Positions 58,568 through 64,000 of a stretch of 64,000 bases of DNA are shown here, piece by piece. Position numbers and translations under genes: made by a program. This DNA comes from an uncultured Candidatus Binatia bacterium. GTDB lineage: Bacteria > Desulfobacterota > Binatia > Bin18. The notes beneath the pieces are model-generated. The model was not told the DNA's origin and did not search any database. It saw only the letters and a list, made by a program, of their open reading frames with translations. How positions within the stretch are numbered: the first letter of the stretch is position 1; each line of letters begins with the position of its first letter. The stretch lies in contig OZ243961.1 of the NCBI GenBank assembly GCA_965214605.1, forward strand, positions 3,712,001 to 3,776,000, given 5' to 3'.

Positions 58568-59269
58568 ATGGCCAGAAAATTCGCTTCTCCGCTGCCGGGT
58601 CGTATTCATCCGGCGACTGTTCGGGCGCTGCAACAGCGGCTCATAGCCTGGTACCGTCAACACGGCCGCGATCTGCCATGGCGTCGTACCCGTGACCCGT
58701 ATGCGATTCTGGTCTCTGAAGTGATGCTGCAACAGACGCAGGTGCAGCGTGCCCTGCTGTACTACGAAAAATTCCTGTCTCGCTACCCGACTGTAGAGGA
58801 CTTGGCCGGAGCTGCTGAGCCCGAGGTACGTGAAACGTGGCATGGACTAGGCTACTATGCCCGCGTCCGCAACCTGCAAGCGACGAGCCAAAAAATCGTC
58901 GCCGATCATGACGGACGCTTTCCTGACACGCCCGAGGAACTGCAAAAACTGCCCGGTATCGGGCCTTATACGGCTGGGGCCGTATCAAGCTTTGCCTTTC
59001 ATCGCCACGCTGCTATCCTCGACACCAACGCCGCCCGTGTGCTGAGCCGCTTCTTTGCTCTGCCCAAGGAGCAACAAACGACCCGCTTGCTGTGGGCGGT
59101 GGCCCGTCACGTCACCCCGGTCGGGCGGGCGCACGTCTTCAATCAGGCGATTATGGACGTTGGCGCAACTATCTGTACGGCGCGGGGCCCGCGCTGCTCG
59201 GCGTGTCCGTTGCGACCGGTGTGTCGGACGGTTCGGCGAGAAAAAAAAGCGGCAAGAAAAGTCGGCTGA
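58568..59269 (+). CDS. mutY: A/G-specific adenine glycosylase, MutY-like (catalytic domain only)
   Basis: RDLPWR, VSEVMLQQT, WHGLGYYAR, HhH LPGIGPYTA, DTN, FeS motif CTARGPRCSACPLRPVC; 233 aa. Confidence 0.85.
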   Translation: MARKFASPLPGRIHPATVRALQQRLIAWYRQHGRDLPWRRTRDPYAILVSEVMLQQTQVQRALLYYEKFLSRYPTVEDLAGAAEPEVRETWHGLGYYARVRNLQATSQKIVADHDGRFPDTPEELQKLPGIGPYTAGAVSSFAFHRHAAILDTNAARVLSRFFALPKEQQTTRLLWAVARHVTPVGRAHVFNQAIMDVGATICTARGPRCSACPLRPVCRTVRREKKAARKVG

Positions 59270-59301
59270 GCCCGTCCGGCAGGTACGGGTCAGACCTGTA
59301 T

Positions 59302-59330
59302 TTGACGATCATGGGTCAGTGGCCTATAGT
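59302..59330 (+). promoter_or_regulatory. Sigma70-type promoter for kdsB-pyrG-kdsA
   Basis: TTGACG-17 nt-TATAGT. Confidence 0.7.
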
Positions 59331-59383
59331 GAGGTTCCGCAAGTACAGTTCCCCAGAAATTTGATCTGTCACCCGAATATGGC

Positions 59384-60118
59384 TTGAGTGTGGAAGTTGT
59401 TGCTCTCATTCCGGCACGCTACGGCTCTACGCGTTTTCCGGGAAAACCGCTGGCTCCGCTGCGTGGCAAACCGATGATTCAGCACGTCTACCAACAGACC
59501 TGCCAGGTGCCGGGTGTGGACCAAGTTATGGTGGCGACCGATGATGAACGTATTGCCGAGGCGGTGCGGGCGGTCGGCGGCCAGGTGGCAATGACCCGGC
59601 CCGATCATCCGACTGGTACAGACCGCCTGGCCGCGGTCGCCGAGGGTCTTGCGGCTGACATTATTGTCAACGTTCAGGGTGACCTCCCCTTTTTTCCGCC
59701 GGACATGGTCGACGATGCGGTGACCGCCCTCAAAGACAGTCCAACCACGGCGATGGCGACGGTCAAGACGCCGATTCGTAGCCGTGAAGAGTGGCAGAAT
59801 CCCAATGTGGTGAAAGTGGTGACCGACCGGGACGGATTTGCCGTATATTTTTCGCGCAGCCCGATTCCGTTCTATCGCCAGCCACCAGCTCCAGACCACG
59901 TGTGGGGCTTCCGCCACGTTGGGCTGTACGTCTATCGTCGAGACTTCCTGTTGACTTTTAGCAGGCTCGCGCCAACCCCCTTGGAGGAGGCCGAAAAGCT
60001 TGAACAGCTTCGGGCTTTGGAGTGGGGCTATAAAATTCGGGTGACGAAAACGGAGCAACCGACGGTCGAGGTTGACACACCGCTTGACTTACGTCGCGCA
60101 GAGGAGATGTTGCCATGA
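59384..60118 (+). CDS. kdsB: 3-deoxy-manno-octulosonate cytidylyltransferase
   Basis: [44 protein letters not shown]. Confidence 0.96.
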   Translation: MSVEVVALIPARYGSTRFPGKPLAPLRGKPMIQHVYQQTCQVPGVDQVMVATDDERIAEAVRAVGGQVAMTRPDHPTGTDRLAAVAEGLAADIIVNVQGDLPFFPPDMVDDAVTALKDSPTTAMATVKTPIRSREEWQNPNVVKVVTDRDGFAVYFSRSPIPFYRQPPAPDHVWGFRHVGLYVYRRDFLLTFSRLAPTPLEEAEKLEQLRALEWGYKIRVTKTEQPTVEVDTPLDLRRAEEMLP

Positions 60119-61833
60119 CGACTGTTGGGAGAGAAGGGCGTAAGACAAAATTCATCTTTGTCACCGGAGGGGTTGTTTCGTCCTTGGGTAAGGGCTTGGC
60201 CGCGGCTTCGCTGGGCGGCCTATTAGAAGGCCGGGGTCTGAAGGTCACCTTGCTGAAGATGGACCCGTATATCAACGTCGATCCCGGTACCATGAACCCC
60301 TTTCAGCACGGGGAAGTCTTTGTGACCGATGACGGGGCCGAGACCGACCTCGACCTAGGACACTATGAGCGCTATGTTTCGACCTCGCTCGGTCGTCAAA
60401 ACAGTTTTACCACCGGTCAGGTTTACGACACGGTCATTGCTCGGGAACGTCGCGGTGATTATCTCGGGGGCACGGTCCAGGTCATTCCACATGTTACAGA
60501 TGAGATCAAACGGCGTATCCTCAATGCCGCCAAAGGCTTTGACGTTGCCATCTGCGAGGTGGGTGGGACGGTTGGAGATATTGAGAGTCTACCGTTTCTT
60601 GAGGCGATCCGCCAGTTTCGCTGGGACTGGGGACGCGAACACGTCTTATACCTCCACCTGACCCTGGTGCCTTTTATCTCGGCGGCCGGGGAACTCAAGA
60701 CCAAACCTACCCAACACAGCGTCAAAGAGCTGACCAGTATGGGGATTCAGCCCGATGTCTTGCTGTGTCGGACGGATCGGTACTTAGACCACAAGGTCAA
60801 AGCGAAGATTGCCCATTTCTGCAATGTGGACGAGCATGCGGTGATTACGGCTAAAGACGTGGGTTGTATCTACGAGGTCCCGCTGGTCTTTTATCAAGAG
60901 GGGCTCGACCAGTGCGTGGTCGATAAGTTGAATATGTGGACCGGCACCCCAGACCTAAGCCGCTGGGAAAAAATCGTCCGGACTTTTCAGCAGCCGCGAG
61001 ATCGGGTGCGGATCGCCATGATCGGCAAATACGTCAACCTGATTGACTCATATAAGAGCCTGAACGAAGCCTTGGCGCACGGCGGCTTTGCCAATGAGTG
61101 TCGGGTCGAGGTTGACCATATCGACTCTGAACAGATTGAAGCCGGCAAGTTTCCGGACGCGCTGAGCCAGGCCGACGGTATTCTTGTCCCAATGGGCTTT
61201 GGCCAGCGCGGTACAGAGGGCAAGATTGCGGCTGTGCGCCACGCTCGTGAAGAAGGGGTCCCATTTTTAGGCATCTGTTTTGGGATGCAAATGGCGGTAA
61301 TTGAGTTCAGCCGTAATGTCTGTGGTCTGGACAAGGCCAACTCGGCCGAGATTGATCCGGACACCCCCCATCCGGTCATCGCCCTCATGGCACAACAGCA
61401 CGAAGTCCAGGAAAAAGGCGGCACGATGCGCCTAGGTGCCTACCCCTGCACCATCCTGGACAGCAGTCTAGCCGCCAAAGTCTACGGCAAAAAGCGTATC
61501 TTCGAGCGTCATCGCCACCGCTATGAATTTAATAACGCTTATCGCCGTCAGTTAAGCCAGAAAGGCCTAACCTTTAGCGGCGTGTCGCCCGATCAGAGCC
61601 TGGTCGAAATCGTCGAGCTACGCGACCACCCGTGGTTTATCGGCGTCCAGTTCCACCCTGAGTTCAAATCGCGCCCGTTTGACTGCCATCCGTTGTTCAG
61701 AGGCTTTATTCGGGCGGCCCTGCAGCACCGGGCCAGCTATGGCTCAGTCCCCCTGCTGCAGGCTCCATGCGGTTCATCCTCTCTGTCTGCTCCAAAGGTC
61801 AGGATGAGCCACATTCACGGAGGGGAAGGGTGA
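60115..61833 (+). CDS. pyrG: CTP synthase
   Basis: [49 protein letters not shown]. Confidence 0.98.
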   Translation: MTTVGREGRKTKFIFVTGGVVSSLGKGLAAASLGGLLEGRGLKVTLLKMDPYINVDPGTMNPFQHGEVFVTDDGAETDLDLGHYERYVSTSLGRQNSFTTGQVYDTVIARERRGDYLGGTVQVIPHVTDEIKRRILNAAKGFDVAICEVGGTVGDIESLPFLEAIRQFRWDWGREHVLYLHLTLVPFISAAGELKTKPTQHSVKELTSMGIQPDVLLCRTDRYLDHKVKAKIAHFCNVDEHAVITAKDVGCIYEVPLVFYQEGLDQCVVDKLNMWTGTPDLSRWEKIVRTFQQPRDRVRIAMIGKYVNLIDSYKSLNEALAHGGFANECRVEVDHIDSEQIEAGKFPDALSQADGILVPMGFGQRGTEGKIAAVRHAREEGVPFLGICFGMQMAVIEFSRNVCGLDKANSAEIDPDTPHPVIALMAQQHEVQEKGGTMRLGAYPCTILDSSLAAKVYGKKRIFERHRHRYEFNNAYRRQLSQKGLTFSGVSPDQSLVEIVELRDHPWFIGVQFHPEFKSRPFDCHPLFRGFIRAALQHRASYGSVPLLQAPCGSSSLSAPKVRMSHIHGGEG

Positions 61834-62681
61834 GCCCCAGGCGCATGATCCGCGAGTCTAGCCCAGCCCCCGTCTCAATTGGCCCCCTGGTCTGTGGTCA
61901 GGGGCGTCCGTTTGTCCTCATAGCCGGCCCGTGCGTCATTGAGAGCCGAGATTCCGCTCTCTACCACGCCCAAGCTCTCAAAGTTCTGACCGATCGTCTC
62001 CACATCCCGTTGGTCTATAAATCCTCGTACGATAAGGCCAATCGGACCTCGGTGGAATCCTTCCGGGGACCGGGCCAGGACGAGGGGCTGCGTATACTGG
62101 CCAGCGTGAAATGCGAGCTAGAGGTACCGATTCTGACCGATGTCCATACTGCCCAAGAGGTCCGGGCAGCGGCCGAAGTAGCCGATATTGTGCAGATTCC
62201 GGCCTTTCTGTGTCGCCAGACAGATCTGCTTGTGGCGGCCGGCCAGAGTGGCCGAGTGGTCAATATCAAGAAGGGGCAGTTTCTCGCTCCGACCGATATT
62301 GCTTATGCGGCCCAAAAAGTTGCCTCAACCGGCAATCGGCACATTCTGCTGACCGAACGGGGGAGCAGTTTTGGCTATAATTATCTGGTCTCAGACTTCC
62401 GTTCGCTGCCAATCATGGCCCGCAGCGGCTACCCCGTGGTGTATGATGCTACCCACAGCGTTCAGCTGCCCGGAGGACAGGGCACGAGTTCGGGCGGTCA
62501 GCGAGAATTCATCGCTCCTTTGGCCCGGGCGGCTGTGGCCGTAGGTATTGACGGTCTGTTCATGGAGGTTCACCAAAACCCGGACCAGGCCCGCAGCGAC
62601 AGCACGAGCGTTTTTCCCCTGGATCGCCTTGAGTCTCTGTTACAGACTTTGCAGAGCCTCGACCGACTAGTGAAAGCCTAG
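61830..62681 (+). CDS. kdsA: KDO8P synthase
   Basis: [42 protein letters not shown]; GTG overlaps the pyrG stop. Confidence 0.97.
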   Translation: MSPRRMIRESSPAPVSIGPLVCGQGRPFVLIAGPCVIESRDSALYHAQALKVLTDRLHIPLVYKSSYDKANRTSVESFRGPGQDEGLRILASVKCELEVPILTDVHTAQEVRAAAEVADIVQIPAFLCRQTDLLVAAGQSGRVVNIKKGQFLAPTDIAYAAQKVASTGNRHILLTERGSSFGYNYLVSDFRSLPIMARSGYPVVYDATHSVQLPGGQGTSSGGQREFIAPLARAAVAVGIDGLFMEVHQNPDQARSDSTSVFPLDRLESLLQTLQSLDRLVKA

Positions 62682-62784
62682 AGAAGATCCCGGTCGAGAT
62701 CTCATCCGCTCGGATGGGGGCGGGGCGACTACCCTTTGCCCGGCTCAGCAGAGGTGGTATGCTGCTCGTCTAGGTGATTTCTCA

Positions 62785-63366
62785 ATGAGTCGAAATCAGG
62801 TACGTTTTGTTATCGGTCTTGTTATTGTGTGTCTCCTGGGCGGGCTTGGCTACCGCTTAGGTGCGGGGCTGTGGCTCCAGCGTCAGGGCGACCAAGAACT
62901 CCCAGCTTTCACCTCAGCCGATGCGGACCAACGGATGCAGAATTTCCAGCGGATCAAGATGCGCGGGGGGAAAAAAATCTGGGAAATAGCCGCTACCCAG
63001 GCGCGTTTCTTTGAGGACCGCAGAGAGCTGCTTGTCGATTCCCCGGCTATAGCTCTGTACCTTGACAGCGGTGAAGTTTTCGCCCTGCAGTGTCAAGAAG
63101 GCAGGGTCTACCTCGACGAGAGCGTGCAAGAGATTGTCCTTATGAAGCTGAGGGGCGACATAGAAATGCAGATTGGCGAGCTTTCTCTCAAAACCCAAAC
63201 CGCGCTGTACGACAGCGCTCAGAATACGATCTCGGCGCCGGATACGGTTCACATTGTTGGCCAGGGTCTGTACATTGAAGCCCTCGGCTACCAGGTAGCG
63301 ATGAACGAGAAGCAGATTACCCTCCACGCGAAAGTCCATACTACACTCGCCAGGGAAGAGGGCTGA
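62785..63366 (+). CDS. lptC: LPS export ABC transporter periplasmic protein LptC
   Basis: Single N-terminal TM, WEIAATQA jellyroll pattern; lies between kdsA and lptA. Confidence 0.8.
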   Translation: MSRNQVRFVIGLVIVCLLGGLGYRLGAGLWLQRQGDQELPAFTSADADQRMQNFQRIKMRGGKKIWEIAATQARFFEDRRELLVDSPAIALYLDSGEVFALQCQEGRVYLDESVQEIVLMKLRGDIEMQIGELSLKTQTALYDSAQNTISAPDTVHIVGQGLYIEALGYQVAMNEKQITLHAKVHTTLAREEG

Positions 63367-64000
63367 TGGATCCATTTGGGTGCCCTTGGCACCCCTTATC
63401 CCGTTCCGTCTGGACCGCCCGAATGCTGGTGTCGGCCAGCCTGACCCTTCTCCTCCTGGGTGGCCAACCTGGCAGCAGCGCCGGACAGACCAACGACGCC
63501 GCCCAGAACTCCCGCTCACAGTCAAGGGCGGACCAAAGCCTAGTCGATTCCCTGTCTTTCGTCGACCTCCATCAGCCTATCGACATCCGCTCGCACAGTC
63601 TTGAGTTTTTATATACCGAAAAACGGGTACGTTATAAGGATAAGGTGGTGGCCACCCAGGGCGAGGTGACCCTGACCTGTAATCTGCTAACGATCACCTA
63701 TGAAGAGCTAGCTCGGTCAAACGGTACGCCGCCCTCCTCATCCGCCCAACAGCGCCTCAAAGAGGTTATTGCCGAGGGCGACGTTAGAGTGCAGTCGGCA
63801 AACAACTACGCAACCGGAAAAAGGCTGGTCTTTGATCAGAACAAACGGACGGTTATCCTAAGCGGCAACGCCGTCATGCACGAGGGTGTCAACCACGTCA
63901 GCGGTGACCGGGTCATTGTCTATCTTGACGAACGGCGGAGTGTGGTCGAAGGCCGGGCACGCATGCGGCTCATTCCACAGTCAAACAACACAGAAGGGAC
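63366..64000 (+). CDS. lptA: LPS transport periplasmic protein LptA (runs off the window end)
   Basis: ATG overlaps the lptC TGA; translated by hand: PIDIRSHSLE, KVVATQGEVTLTC, VIAEGDVRV, ILSGNA, SGDRVIVYL. Confidence 0.85.
   Translation, partial: MDPFGCPWHPLSRSVWTARMLVSASLTLLLLGGQPGSSAGQTNDAAQNSRSQSRADQSLVDSLSFVDLHQPIDIRSHSLEFLYTEKRVRYKDKVVATQGEVTLTCNLLTITYEELARSNGTPPSSSAQQRLKEVIAEGDVRVQSANNYATGKRLVFDQNKRTVILSGNAVMHEGVNHVSGDRVIVYLDERRSVVEGRARMRLIPQSNNTEG

Overview
Mostly core chromosome of a GC-rich diderm (LPS-producing) bacterium. The synteny is deltaproteobacterial-like (xerC-hslV-hslU; dcw cluster followed by a radical SAM gene; kdsB-pyrG-kdsA-lptC-lptA). The LLM/F420 oxidoreductase, amidohydrolase and paired acyl-CoA dehydrogenase genes suggest a Binatia/Tectomicrobia-like lineage (inference only). 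Contents in order: hslU, hslV, xerC, small hypotheticals, a peroxiredoxin, an amidohydrolase plus acyl-CoA dehydrogenase pair, an LLM oxidoreductase, a histidine phosphatase, an aminotransferase-serA-purA operon, the dcw cluster, acpS, an acetoin/2-oxoacid dehydrogenase E1a/E1b/E2 set, a CNNM/CorC protein, a double-length UvrA, meaB-ADH, an NtaA/DszA-type monooxygenase, a membrane pyrophosphatase, two tandem ArnT-like GT-C enzymes, a short MutY and the kds/lpt operon. I found no rRNA, tRNA, CRISPR array, prophage or intact IS. Main oddities: (1) the dcw cluster cleanly lacks mraZ, murF and murD, with flanking genes translationally coupled across the murF and murD positions; (2) a 4x14-bp tandem repeat (not a multiple of 3) sits at the junction of the fused UvrA halves; (3) E2 carries an exact 150-bp domain duplication; (4) there are two decayed pseudogenes; (5) a terminator-like leader precedes the serA operon; (6) two ~700-bp intergenic blocks hold candidate small ORFs or structured RNA. 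All calls are from motif recognition by eye; no searches were run.
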